Notes under the pieces: generated by a model
What the model was told of the DNA's origin: nothing
What the model saw: the letters and a program-made list of their open reading frames with translations, nothing else
The model's database searches: none
Position numbers and translations under genes: made by a program
DNA from: a virus
Taxonomy: Duplodnaviria; Caudoviricetes
Virus record (IMG/VR): IMGVR_UViG_3300042314_000240
Location: 1 to 26,078 of that record
Length of the DNA: 26,078 nucleotides
Strand: one strand, 5' to 3'
In this document: one piece after another, positions 16,036 through 25,029 of the stretch
Layout of the letters: every line of letters starts with the position of its first letter
How positions within the stretch are numbered: position 1 is the first letter of the stretch

Positions 16036-17794
16036 GAAGAAAGCACAATCAAACGTGCATTTAATTCAGTTAGAATCCTATAAAGCCCCGACGACGGTTG
16101 AATCAAATCGTGAGGATTGGGTTCAATTTGGTGAAGACAATAATTTTTTCAAATACCTAATTGACCGTTTCAATAATTCAACAACGAACAATTCGGTTAT
16201 TAATAACATTTCTAAATTAATTTACGGACGTGGTATTGATGCAACGGATTCAAATAAGAAGCCGAACGAATACGCACAAATGAAAATGTTGTTTCGTAAC
16301 GACATTGTAAAAAAGCAAGTTTTAGATTTAAAATTATTGGGACAATGTGTGTTTCAGGTAATTTACGACAAATCAAAGAAAAGCATTGTTAGGGTTGAAC
16401 ATTCCCCAATTCAATTGTGGAGACCGAAGAAATGCAACGAAAAGGGAGAAATTGAAGGTTATTATTATTCGGACAATTGGGAAGACCCAAAGAAATTCAC
16501 ACCTAAATTTTATCCGGCATTTGGAATGGGTGGGTCCGCACCTTTGGAAATTTTATGGGTAGGAAATTACACGGTCGGTCAAAAATATTTCTCAAATGTT
16601 GATTATATCGGGGCGGTTCCTTATGCAAAATTAGAAGAAGAAATTGCGGATTATTTAATCAATGACGTTCAAAACGGATTTAGCCCGACAACGGTTGTCA
16701 ATTTTAACAACGGGGTTCCTGACGAAGAAGAACAACAAATCACGGCGAGCAAAGTAAAGGGCCAATTAACGGGGTCGCATGGCAAGAAGGTTGTTGTTTC
16801 GTTTAATTCTGACGAGACTAAAAAGACGACGATTGACACGGTACCTTTAAATGATGCGCCAAAACATTACGAATATTTAGCGGACGAGTCACGAAGCAAA
16901 ATTTTATTAGGTCACGGGGTGGTAAGTGGTTTACAATTCGGAATTCCAAGTTCAAACGGATTCAGTTCAAACGCTGACGAATTAAAGAACGCGATTATCT
17001 TATTTGATAACATGGTAATTCGTCCATTCCAAGACACATACTTGGACGCAGTTGACAAAATATTGGCATTTAATGGAATATCATTACACCTTTATTTTAA
17101 GACATTACAACCGTTAGAATTCACCGATTTAAGTAAGCCAATAGGGTCCGAAACGTCAGAGGAAGAAACCGGTGTTAAATTATCGGCGCACATCGACGAA
17201 ATGGATTTGTCAGAATTTGGCGAAGACATTGACCTTGACGAATGGGAATTAATTGATTCACGAGTGGTTGAAAGTTTAGAAGACGAGGCGCGTTTGGATG
17301 CTGAATTAAACGCATTAAACAACCCTGAAAAATCATTACTTTCAAAGGCTTGGGATTTCGTTACAACCGGAGTCGCAAAGCCAAATTTAAAGAGTGAGCA
17401 GGACGGAAAATTATTCATGTCAAGATATCGTTATTCGGGCGACACAACGGCAAAGAGCCGCGAGTTTTGCAAAAAAATGACGGCCATGAATAAATTATAC
17501 CGCAAGGAGGACATTGAATTAATGAGTTCAAAGGCATCGACAAACGGAGCGTGGTCGAAAAAAGGTGAATCGACATACGACATTTTCCTTTATAAAGGAG
17601 GCGGCGGATGCCATCATTTTTGGACGCGCGAAACATACAAGAGATTCACGGACCCAAGAAAAAAAGGGTCCAAGCAAATAACACCGGCGGAGGCAAGAAA
17701 GGCGGGCGAAATACTACCAAAGAATAACCCAAAGGTTTACCAAAAACCGGTTGATATGCCTAACGGCGGATTTGTTACAAGAAATTTTAGATAA
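16028..17794 (+). CDS. Portal protein with a C-terminal extension
   Basis: Portal-like core (LIYGRG, NGFSP, ILLGHGV, VIRPFQ) to about 17130, then ~200 aa with REFC and YKGGGGCHHFW. Confidence 0.75.
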   Translation: MNKKKAQSNVHLIQLESYKAPTTVESNREDWVQFGEDNNFFKYLIDRFNNSTTNNSVINNISKLIYGRGIDATDSNKKPNEYAQMKMLFRNDIVKKQVLDLKLLGQCVFQVIYDKSKKSIVRVEHSPIQLWRPKKCNEKGEIEGYYYSDNWEDPKKFTPKFYPAFGMGGSAPLEILWVGNYTVGQKYFSNVDYIGAVPYAKLEEEIADYLINDVQNGFSPTTVVNFNNGVPDEEEQQITASKVKGQLTGSHGKKVVVSFNSDETKKTTIDTVPLNDAPKHYEYLADESRSKILLGHGVVSGLQFGIPSSNGFSSNADELKNAIILFDNMVIRPFQDTYLDAVDKILAFNGISLHLYFKTLQPLEFTDLSKPIGSETSEEETGVKLSAHIDEMDLSEFGEDIDLDEWELIDSRVVESLEDEARLDAELNALNNPEKSLLSKAWDFVTTGVAKPNLKSEQDGKLFMSRYRYSGDTTAKSREFCKKMTAMNKLYRKEDIELMSSKASTNGAWSKKGESTYDIFLYKGGGGCHHFWTRETYKRFTDPRKKGSKQITPAEARKAGEILPKNNPKVYQKPVDMPNGGFVTRNFR

Positions 17795-18295
17795 ATGGCA
17801 CAAGCATTATTTGTAAATCGTGAAGAAGTCGTAAAATTTACGGCCTTAAACGGAAATTTGGACACGGATAATTTCATTCAATTTGTAAAAATTGCGCAGG
17901 ATATCCACATCCAAAATTACCTTGGGACCAAGTTGTTCAATAAAATAAATGACGGAATTGTTGCCGATAATTTGGCGGCCCCTTATTTAATGCTTTTGAA
18001 CACCTATATTAAACCCATGTTGATTCATTGGACTATGGTTGAATATTTACCATTCGCCGCGTACACAATCGCAAATAAAGGGGTATTTAAACACACGTCA
18101 GAAAATAGTAATTCGGTAGAAAAGAACGAAATTGATTATCTTGTGGAAAAAGAACGACAAGTCGCGCAAAGTTACACGCGTCGATTTATCGATTACATGT
18201 GTTTTAATCAAAATACTTATCCTGAATATAACCAAAATAGTAATGCCGACGTTTATCCCGAAAAAGACGCAAGTTTTACCGGATGGGTCTTGTAA
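17795..18295 (+). CDS. Putative head-tail adaptor
   Basis: Helical 166 aa directly after the portal (AQDIHIQNYLGTKLF). Confidence 0.5.
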   Translation: MAQALFVNREEVVKFTALNGNLDTDNFIQFVKIAQDIHIQNYLGTKLFNKINDGIVADNLAAPYLMLLNTYIKPMLIHWTMVEYLPFAAYTIANKGVFKHTSENSNSVEKNEIDYLVEKERQVAQSYTRRFIDYMCFNQNTYPEYNQNSNADVYPEKDASFTGWVL

Positions 18296-18357
18296 ATCTT
18301 ACAAGCCAAAACCGGAACATATAAAAAAATTGAAAACATATTTAAGCAAAATAAAAG

Positions 18358-18696
18358 ATGAGTCTTAATTTTTCACACATAAAGGGGGACACGTTCGATA
18401 TCGTGAATTTTGAATTAAAGATTAATTCGGTAGTTCAAAATTTGACGGGCGCGGTTATTAAAATGCAGTTGCGTAAATGCGCAAGTGACGCGACACCGGC
18501 CTTGTCTTTGACATCGGTATCAGGTTTAGGCATCACAATTACGGCCCCAACGCTTGGTCAATTTTGCATCAATAAACAAATCATTGACATTCCCGTATAT
18601 GATTACGAATATGATATTCAAATCACATTCGCAAACGGGGATGTGCGTACTTACATAAGTGGAATTTTTTCAATTACAAAAGAAATTACGAGATAA
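18358..18696 (+). CDS. BppU-like Ig-fold virion protein
   Basis: KGDTF...[13 protein letters not shown]...YEYDIQIT...G pattern; precedes the fibre gene. Confidence 0.55.
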   Translation: MSLNFSHIKGDTFDIVNFELKINSVVQNLTGAVIKMQLRKCASDATPALSLTSVSGLGITITAPTLGQFCINKQIIDIPVYDYEYDIQITFANGDVRTYISGIFSITKEITR

Positions 18697-21386
18697 TGGC
18701 GGACCAAACGATTGATATTTTAGTAACTGACAATTCGCAGGTCGTTCAAATTAATACGACCCCGAATTTAATTGAAGTTAATGTTTTCAGTACATCGGGA
18801 AACATAATCGGGTCGAATTACCTTTTGGTCGCATCGATTTCCGCATTGCCAACGGTTGGAAATGAAACTACGTTTTATGTAACCAACGACACAAGTCTTT
18901 TGTATCGTTGGACGGGAACGCAATACGTTGAGGTTTCAACATCGGCGGCAGTTATTTGGGGAGGCATTGGCGGAAATATTGCCAATCAAACAGATTTACA
19001 AAACGCATTAGCGGCAAAGCAAGACGACCTTAATGGAACCGGTTTTGTAAAGGCAAACGGAACGACAATTTCTTACGATAACACAACATATTACCCTTAC
19101 CCTACCGGTACGGCAAATGAGGTCGTAAGAGGTGACGGAAGTTTAAGCGAAGGCGGTTTAATTCCTGACGGTGGTTTAGCCGGTCAGATTTTAGTAAAGG
19201 TTGACGAAACGGATTTCAATACGGAGTGGATTGATAATTACGCACTTTGGACAAGCGTATTGCGTCACAATGTAAAGGCCGGTGTGGCACTTACAAAGGG
19301 ACAAGCGGTTTATGTAAGCCCAACGCAAGACGGAACCAATATGATTGTCGTAAAGGCATCAAACGCGGCCGAAAATACATCAAGCAAAACACTTGGATTA
19401 ATTATGCAAAACTTGGCCGTAAATGGTCAAGGAACGGTTATTACCGAGGGTCTTTTGTCGGGTTTAAATACATCGTCAGCAACGCAAGGTGACCCCGTTT
19501 GGTTGGGTGTCGATGGGGCTTTAATTTATGGCCTAACAAACAAACCGGTTGCACCGGCACACCTTGTTTTTATTGGTATTGTTACGCGAGTTCATCAAAA
19601 CAATGGCGAAATCTTTGTTAAGGTTCAAAACGGATTTGAAATAGATGAGTTACACGATGTTTTAATTGTTAATAAACAAGCAAATCAAGGTTTATTTTAT
19701 GACACGGTTTCGGGATTATGGAAAAATAAAAGCGTTGTTGATGCGTTGGGCTATACCCCTGCAAACTCTACTACAACAATTACAATAAACGGTGAGACGA
19801 AAGATTTGTCCACTAATCAAACATTTACAATTTCCGAAGGTCCCGTGGGTCCTACCGGCCCGACCGGCCCAATCGGTCCAACGGGTTTAACCGGTCCGAC
19901 GGGTCCGACGGGTCCAATTGGTCCAACGGGTCCACAAGGAATTCAAGGAATTAAAGGAGACACCGGTGACATTGGTCCAACGGGTCCACAAGGTTTAACG
20001 GGACCAACCGGTCCACAAGGAATTCAAGGTATTAAAGGAGATACGGGTGACATTGGCCCAACGGGTCCAATTGGCTTAACCGGTCCCGCGGGTCCTATTG
20101 GTCCACAAGGAATTCAAGGTATTGCAGGGGAGACGGGTCCTACGGGACCACAAGGTGAGACGGGTCCGGCAGGTCCTATCGGCCCACAAGGAATCAAGGG
20201 AGACACGGGTGATACCGGTCCTATCGGCTTAACCGGTCCGGCAGGCCCTATCGGTCCGCAGGGAATTAAAGGTGACACCGGAGATACCGGACCAATTGGC
20301 TTAACCGGTCCAACCGGCCCCGCAGGTCCGCAAGGAATAAAGGGAGATACGGGAGAAATAGGACCAACCGGTCCGCAGGGTTTAACGGGACCAACGGGTC
20401 CGACCGGACCACAAGGTCCAACCGGATTAACGGGAGAAACGGGACCAACCGGTCCAACGGGTTTAACCGGTCCACAAGGTTTAAAGGGTGACACCGGTGA
20501 TACGGGTCCTATTGGTCCTATTGGTCCAACGGGTCCACAAGGTTTAGCGGCTACCGTTTCAGCAGGTCCAACAACAACCGGAGCGGCAGGAACAAGCGCA
20601 AGTGTTACAAATAGCGGTACAACATCAGCGGCCGTATTTAATTTCACAATCCCACAAGGTGCAACCGGACCAACCGGACCAACCGGACCAACGGGTCCAC
20701 AAGGTATTCAGGGAATCCAAGGAAATACCGGGCCGACGGGTCCGACGGGTTTGACGGGACCAACCGGTCCAACGGGTTCAGCGGCAACGGTTGCGGCAGG
20801 CACGACAACGACGGGAAACGCAGGCACAAACGCATCGGTTACAAATAGCGGAACAAGTTCGGCGGCCGTGTTTAACTTTACCATTCCAAGAGGTAACACC
20901 GGTGCAACCGGTCCAACCGGTCCAACGGGTAGCCCCGGACCTACCGGACCATCAGGTGGCCCCGGTCCAACCGGACCAACCGGAGCAACGGGACCAACCG
21001 GACCATCGGGTGGAAGTTCAACACACACGGTTTCACGCGCACACAATATCAATACGGGTTGGGCAAACCCCGGCCAAGTGGCTATTTATCAGGGTGATTT
21101 GCAAGGTGGCGGAACGTATGTTTGTAGTGTATATTTTGCAACAAACAACGGAAGTTGGGGTGTTTCAACGGCTTTCTTATTTAGCCCATACGGTGACACT
21201 TATGGTTGGGGAACAAGTGGTTGGACTTATGCGCCATTTTTTGCAAATAGAAGTACATCGTTTGATTGGTTACAAGTTACATCGGAATCAAACGGAGGTG
21301 CATCGTCAGGAATTCGATTAGCGATGGGTTACCAATTGACGGACAAAGGGGGAACATTATACATTACTTGTCGCAGAATATTTTAA
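18696..21386 (+). CDS. Collagen-like fibre protein
   Basis: Modular N-terminal fibre motifs, then Gly-X-Y blocks of 79, 14 and 14 triplets and a C-terminal aromatic beta domain. Confidence 0.85.
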   Translation: MADQTIDILVTDNSQVVQINTTPNLIEVNVFSTSGNIIGSNYLLVASISALPTVGNETTFYVTNDTSLLYRWTGTQYVEVSTSAAVIWGGIGGNIANQTDLQNALAAKQDDLNGTGFVKANGTTISYDNTTYYPYPTGTANEVVRGDGSLSEGGLIPDGGLAGQILVKVDETDFNTEWIDNYALWTSVLRHNVKAGVALTKGQAVYVSPTQDGTNMIVVKASNAAENTSSKTLGLIMQNLAVNGQGTVITEGLLSGLNTSSATQGDPVWLGVDGALIYGLTNKPVAPAHLVFIGIVTRVHQNNGEIFVKVQNGFEIDELHDVLIVNKQANQGLFYDTVSGLWKNKSVVDALGYTPANSTTTITINGETKDLSTNQTFTISEGPVGPTGPTGPIGPTGLTGPTGPTGPIGPTGPQGIQGIKGDTGDIGPTGPQGLTGPTGPQGIQGIKGDTGDIGPTGPIGLTGPAGPIGPQGIQGIAGETGPTGPQGETGPAGPIGPQGIKGDTGDTGPIGLTGPAGPIGPQGIKGDTGDTGPIGLTGPTGPAGPQGIKGDTGEIGPTGPQGLTGPTGPTGPQGPTGLTGETGPTGPTGLTGPQGLKGDTGDTGPIGPIGPTGPQGLAATVSAGPTTTGAAGTSASVTNSGTTSAAVFNFTIPQGATGPTGPTGPTGPQGIQGIQGNTGPTGPTGLTGPTGPTGSAATVAAGTTTTGNAGTNASVTNSGTSSAAVFNFTIPRGNTGATGPTGPTGSPGPTGPSGGPGPTGPTGATGPTGPSGGSSTHTVSRAHNINTGWANPGQVAIYQGDLQGGGTYVCSVYFATNNGSWGVSTAFLFSPYGDTYGWGTSGWTYAPFFANRSTSFDWLQVTSESNGGASSGIRLAMGYQLTDKGGTLYITCRRIF
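19839..21017 (+). repeat. Gly-X-Y collagen repeats interrupted by two copies of a ~38-aa linker
   Basis: [12 protein letters not shown] triplets; [38 protein letters not shown] at 20547-20660 and 20781-20894. Confidence 0.95.
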
Positions 21387-21398
21387 ACAAATAAAATT

Positions 21399-21824
21399 AT
21401 GGCTTACATTTTTCAATGGGATATTTTAGAAACGGAAGTAAGTAATTACGATTCATTATTTCCCGATACCGTTAAAAGAATAAAATTTGCATTTGTGGCT
21501 TATGATGTTGAATCGCAAGGAGACGAAACAACATTTATAATGAAAGATATTTATTTATCTAATCCAAAAGATGAAAATTTTACCCCATTTTCAGAATTAA
21601 AACACGCAGATTTTGTAAGTTTTGTGATTGATGCGTGTGGTGAATCAGATATTGATTTTATGAAGCGCAGTATGATAGCGGAATTAGAAGAAAGAAAGAT
21701 AAAAAAATTGCAAAAAAATCAAATAAAATCGCCATGGAGTGACCAAGAAATTGCGATTGAACAAAATGTTCCTAAATTTGATAATCAATTGGAATATTTA
21801 TTAAACCAAACCTTGCAAAAATGA
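21399..21824 (+). CDS. Fibre-associated hypothetical protein
   Basis: Acidic 141 aa with FTPFSEL and PW motifs; directly after the fibre gene. Confidence 0.5.
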   Translation: MAYIFQWDILETEVSNYDSLFPDTVKRIKFAFVAYDVESQGDETTFIMKDIYLSNPKDENFTPFSELKHADFVSFVIDACGESDIDFMKRSMIAELEERKIKKLQKNQIKSPWSDQEIAIEQNVPKFDNQLEYLLNQTLQK

Positions 21825-22405
21825 TAAAAGCCCTTTTATTCGAAACCGATTCAAAGATTGACCAAACTAATTATTACACATTCGCAAAAGCATTTTCAGA
21901 CGAGGAAATTGAGTGGATTCAAAACCTTGCAAATTTGTACGAATATAGCAAGGCGGAAACGATTGGAAATAGTGACGATTCAGTTCGTAAATCAAAAGTT
22001 AAATGGATTCACCACAATATTGAATCACATTGGCTTTATGAAAAATTGATTGGAATGGCCGTGGAGGCAAACGACGCATTATGGAAATTTGATTTACATG
22101 GGGTTGTTGATTCGATTCAGTTTACCGAATATGAAGAAGAAGGAGGCCATTATGATTGGCACATGGATATCGGCCCAAATACAATTAATCACCGAAAGAT
22201 TTCAATGGTGGTTCAATTGTCGGAAGCCGACGATTATGATGGTGGCGAGTTAGTTTTGTGGAATAGCAATGACACAACAATTGCCCCAAAAGGGATTGGA
22301 AATGTAATGTTATTCCCGTCTTTTATGTTGCACAAGGTTACCCCTATGGTAAAAGGAACACGCAAGAGTTTAGTTTTATGGATAGGTGGCGGAAGTTATA
22401 AATAG
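21821..22405 (+). CDS. 2OG-Fe(II) oxygenase (prolyl-hydroxylase-like)
   Basis: HxD (WHMD), RKISM, YDGGEL, FPS, distal His (LHKVTP) and 2OG-binding Arg (RKSLV). Confidence 0.9.
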   Translation: MIKALLFETDSKIDQTNYYTFAKAFSDEEIEWIQNLANLYEYSKAETIGNSDDSVRKSKVKWIHHNIESHWLYEKLIGMAVEANDALWKFDLHGVVDSIQFTEYEEEGGHYDWHMDIGPNTINHRKISMVVQLSEADDYDGGELVLWNSNDTTIAPKGIGNVMLFPSFMLHKVTPMVKGTRKSLVLWIGGGSYK

Positions 22406-22433
22406 AATTTTAACAATTTAAACAAATAGTAAA

Positions 22434-22748
22434 ATGGGTTTTGATGACATTATTGTACCATCAATCACGGGCGGAATCGCATCGTTTGTCACTTATTTAG
22501 TAGGGCGAAAAAAGGAAAACATTGAAGTACAAGGAAACGCGTTGGACAATGTAGACAAGGCCGTAAAAATGTGGCAAGATACCGCCGAAAAGATGTCGCA
22601 ACGAGTCGACGAATTAAGTGAAAAGGTTGAATTACTTACAAAAGAAGTTCATAGCCTACGCGCTGAAAATTCAGATTTAAAATCAAAACTTGATTTGGAT
22701 AAATTCACAAAAGTTCGAGTTAAGAAAACACCGGCATCCGAAAAATAA
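22434..22748 (+). CDS. Putative holin
   Basis: N-terminal hydrophobic helix plus coiled coil; TAATG-coupled to the endolysin. Confidence 0.5.
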   Translation: MGFDDIIVPSITGGIASFVTYLVGRKKENIEVQGNALDNVDKAVKMWQDTAEKMSQRVDELSEKVELLTKEVHSLRAENSDLKSKLDLDKFTKVRVKKTPASEK

Positions 22749-23167
22749 TGGTAACATCGCAACAAGCCCAAAAGAAATACGGACCCGCAATTAACGGGAA
22801 CCCTAATTTAATTCTTTGGGATGTTCCTACGCATTTAGAAATTGGGGTCATTCCAAAAAGAATCTATTGCAACAAAGATTTAGTTGCCCCATTGTCGCAA
22901 GCATTCGAAAAGCTAATAAAAACCGGATGCGTCAAAGAATTAAAAACGTGGGACGGATGTTTTAACATTCGCAACAAGCGTGGATTACCGTCAATGTCAT
23001 TGCATTCATGGGGTATTGCCATCGATGTAAATGCGTTCGAAAATGGATTGAATCAAATCCCACAATTATCAAAAAAATTTGTTGAATGTTTTACGTCATC
23101 CGGATTCGATTGGGGTGGGGAGTGGAAGCGAAAGGACGGGATGCACTTTCAATTGGCTAAAATATGA
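22748..23167 (+). CDS. Endolysin, M15 family Zn peptidase
   Basis: R...SLHSWGIAIDVN, WGGEW and DGMHFQ motifs. Confidence 0.9.
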   Translation: MVTSQQAQKKYGPAINGNPNLILWDVPTHLEIGVIPKRIYCNKDLVAPLSQAFEKLIKTGCVKELKTWDGCFNIRNKRGLPSMSLHSWGIAIDVNAFENGLNQIPQLSKKFVECFTSSGFDWGGEWKRKDGMHFQLAKI

Positions 23168-23412
23168 ACATCGACCAATATACAAACCTTATTAAAGCCG
23201 TAACCATGTTTGGCTTTCTTATGCTTTCAGCAATTATTGTAAACCGTTGCGCATTTAATCCGACTAAAAAACCGGAAAATGTTGCACTTATTCCGACGAA
23301 CCCGTATGAAAAGAAAATTATTTTTATCGATTCCGCTATTGTTAGCATTCCTTTTGCTTACGCAGATAGTACGCGCACAAAATTCTTTAAAGATTACACC
23401 AAAAACCGGTAG
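23164..23412 (+). CDS. Membrane-anchored lysis accessory protein (spanin-like, putative)
   Basis: N-terminal TM helix followed by a Cys; ATGA overlap with the endolysin. Confidence 0.4.
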   Translation: MNIDQYTNLIKAVTMFGFLMLSAIIVNRCAFNPTKKPENVALIPTNPYEKKIIFIDSAIVSIPFAYADSTRTKFFKDYTKNR

Positions 23413-23671
23413 GTCAATAACTTTGTCGGCAGGTTTAGCGGACACAATTATTCACGACTTAAAGGAACGTAAATTACTAACGCGAAAAGATAGTATTCAA
23501 AAGGCATACATTTCGATTTTAGAGAGAGAAAGCGCATCAAGACAAACGAATGTATATGAATTGCAAAAATCATTGCTTATAAGCGAAAAGAAACGGTCAC
23601 GAAATGGGTGGCAAAGAAATTCATTATTAATAATTACCGGATTTCTTACATATTTAATCATAACAAAATGA
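23306..23671 (+). CDS. Exported coiled-coil protein with a C-terminal TM helix (spanin-like, putative)
   Basis: Signal peptide MKRKLFLSIPLLLAFLLLTQIVRA-Q from ATG 23306; C-terminal SLLIITGFLTYLII. Confidence 0.45.
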   Translation: MKRKLFLSIPLLLAFLLLTQIVRAQNSLKITPKTGRSITLSAGLADTIIHDLKERKLLTRKDSIQKAYISILERESASRQTNVYELQKSLLISEKKRSRNGWQRNSLLIITGFLTYLIITK

Positions 23672-24807
23672 AATCATATCGGGAATTAATAGACGAAACG
23701 ATTGAATTAAAAAGGTCCAAGGGGTTAGGGTCCAACGAAGCGGCCCGAATTATTTGTGAAATTTACAAATATGACAATTACAAAGCCATCGCTAAAAACC
23801 TAGGACGGTACGAATCTAAAGACCGGTTAAAATCGGACCATGCCGGCCTTGCAAAACATTGCGACGAACGCGGAATTGAAATAAGTGACGTCAAATTGTA
23901 TTGGGATAAAACAAAGGAATATTCCGTCGCGGTTAAAATGGACCAATCGGTCAAAACTTACGAAGACTTACGGGATGAAATCATTGACGAAATGCAAAAG
24001 TATTCGCCGATTTATCCGGAAATCGAGCGAAAAAATATTGAAGACGGACATCTTTTAGTCGTTGACCCCGCCGACATCCATATTGGAAAACTTTCAACAG
24101 ATTATGAGACCGGTGACGAATATAATTCAAACATCGCATTTAAACGAGTATTGGAAGGGGTGAAAGGAATCATTCAGAAATCACAAGGATTTAATATTGA
24201 CCGAATTTTATTTATAGCAGGCAATGACATATTACACATTGATAGCCCCAAACGAACTACCACGAGCGGCACACCACAAGACACCGATGGAATGTTTTAT
24301 GAAAATTTCCTATGTGCCAAAAAACTTTATGTTGAAGTAATTGAAATTTTGTTGCAGGTGGCAAACGTTCACTTTGTATTCAATCCATCAAATCACGATT
24401 ATCAATCCGGATTCTATTTGGCGGATGTGATTCAATCGTGGTTCCGCAATTCAAAGAATATCACTTTTGATTGTTCGATTTCACATCGTAAATATTTTCA
24501 ATACGGTAAAAACTTAATCGGGTCTACACATGGAGACGGGGCCAAACCTAGCGACTTGCCATTACTTATGGCCGTTGAGGCAAAAGAAATGTGGGCAAGG
24601 ACACAACACAAATACGTTTATTCACACCATTTACACCACAAGGTTTCAAAGGATTTCATAGGGGTCACGGTTGAGTCATTGAGGTCACCAAGCGGTGCAG
24701 ATTCATGGCATCACCGGAACGGATACCAACACGCAACAAAGGCGATTGAGGGGTTCATTCATCACAAAGACCATGGACAAGTTGCGCGCTTGTCTCACAT
24801 TTTTTAA
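23668..24807 (+). CDS. Calcineurin-like metallophosphoesterase
   Basis: DIH, GND, NHD, HGD and HLHH motifs; ATG 23668 overlaps the upstream stop (ATGA). Confidence 0.8.
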   Translation: MKSYRELIDETIELKRSKGLGSNEAARIICEIYKYDNYKAIAKNLGRYESKDRLKSDHAGLAKHCDERGIEISDVKLYWDKTKEYSVAVKMDQSVKTYEDLRDEIIDEMQKYSPIYPEIERKNIEDGHLLVVDPADIHIGKLSTDYETGDEYNSNIAFKRVLEGVKGIIQKSQGFNIDRILFIAGNDILHIDSPKRTTTSGTPQDTDGMFYENFLCAKKLYVEVIEILLQVANVHFVFNPSNHDYQSGFYLADVIQSWFRNSKNITFDCSISHRKYFQYGKNLIGSTHGDGAKPSDLPLLMAVEAKEMWARTQHKYVYSHHLHHKVSKDFIGVTVESLRSPSGADSWHHRNGYQHATKAIEGFIHHKDHGQVARLSHIF

Positions 24808-24848
24808 GTTTGTAAAGTTTGATTTCATAATGATAGGTTTAGGGTTGG

Positions 24849-24883
24849 AAAGGGGTTTCGTTTTACGATTCCCCTTTTTTTTT
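24849..24883 (+). terminator. Rho-independent terminator ending the late region
   Basis: AAAGGGGttTCGT-ttt-ACGAttCCCC followed by T9. Confidence 0.8.
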
Positions 24884-24886
24884 AGA

Positions 24887-24928
24887 CCAATAGGTTAAAA
24901 ATAGGTAACCTATTAAAAACCTATTTGG
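24887..24928. repeat. Symmetric array of four AATAGGT heptamers
   Basis: AATAGGT at 24889 and 24900; ACCTATT at 24908 and 24919. Confidence 0.8.
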
Positions 24929-24960
24929 AAAAAATTTTACGGTCGAATGAAAATAAATTA

Positions 24961-25029
24961 AAAAAACTTTTTTTATTCATTTCTTTTTGCAATATTTGCT
25001 CAACGAAAAACAAAAACACTATCAAAATG
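24961..25029 (+). promoter_or_regulatory. Putative host-RNAP early promoter and leader, copy 1
   Basis: AAAAAACTTTTTTTATTC...AATATTTG (one mismatch to Bacteroidota TAnnTTTG)...AAACACTATCAAAATG. Confidence 0.45.

Noticed and set aside
151-17636. Many short minus-strand and nested ORFs in the track
   Set aside because: They overlap well-supported + strand genes and show no recognisable motifs.
20114-21052. Minus-strand ORFs with GPV/GPI repeats
   Set aside because: Antisense shadow of the collagen repeat codons.
24925-25026. N-terminal extension of the ORF ending at 25395
   Set aside because: TTG start inside a regulatory region; the shared leader marks ATG 25027.
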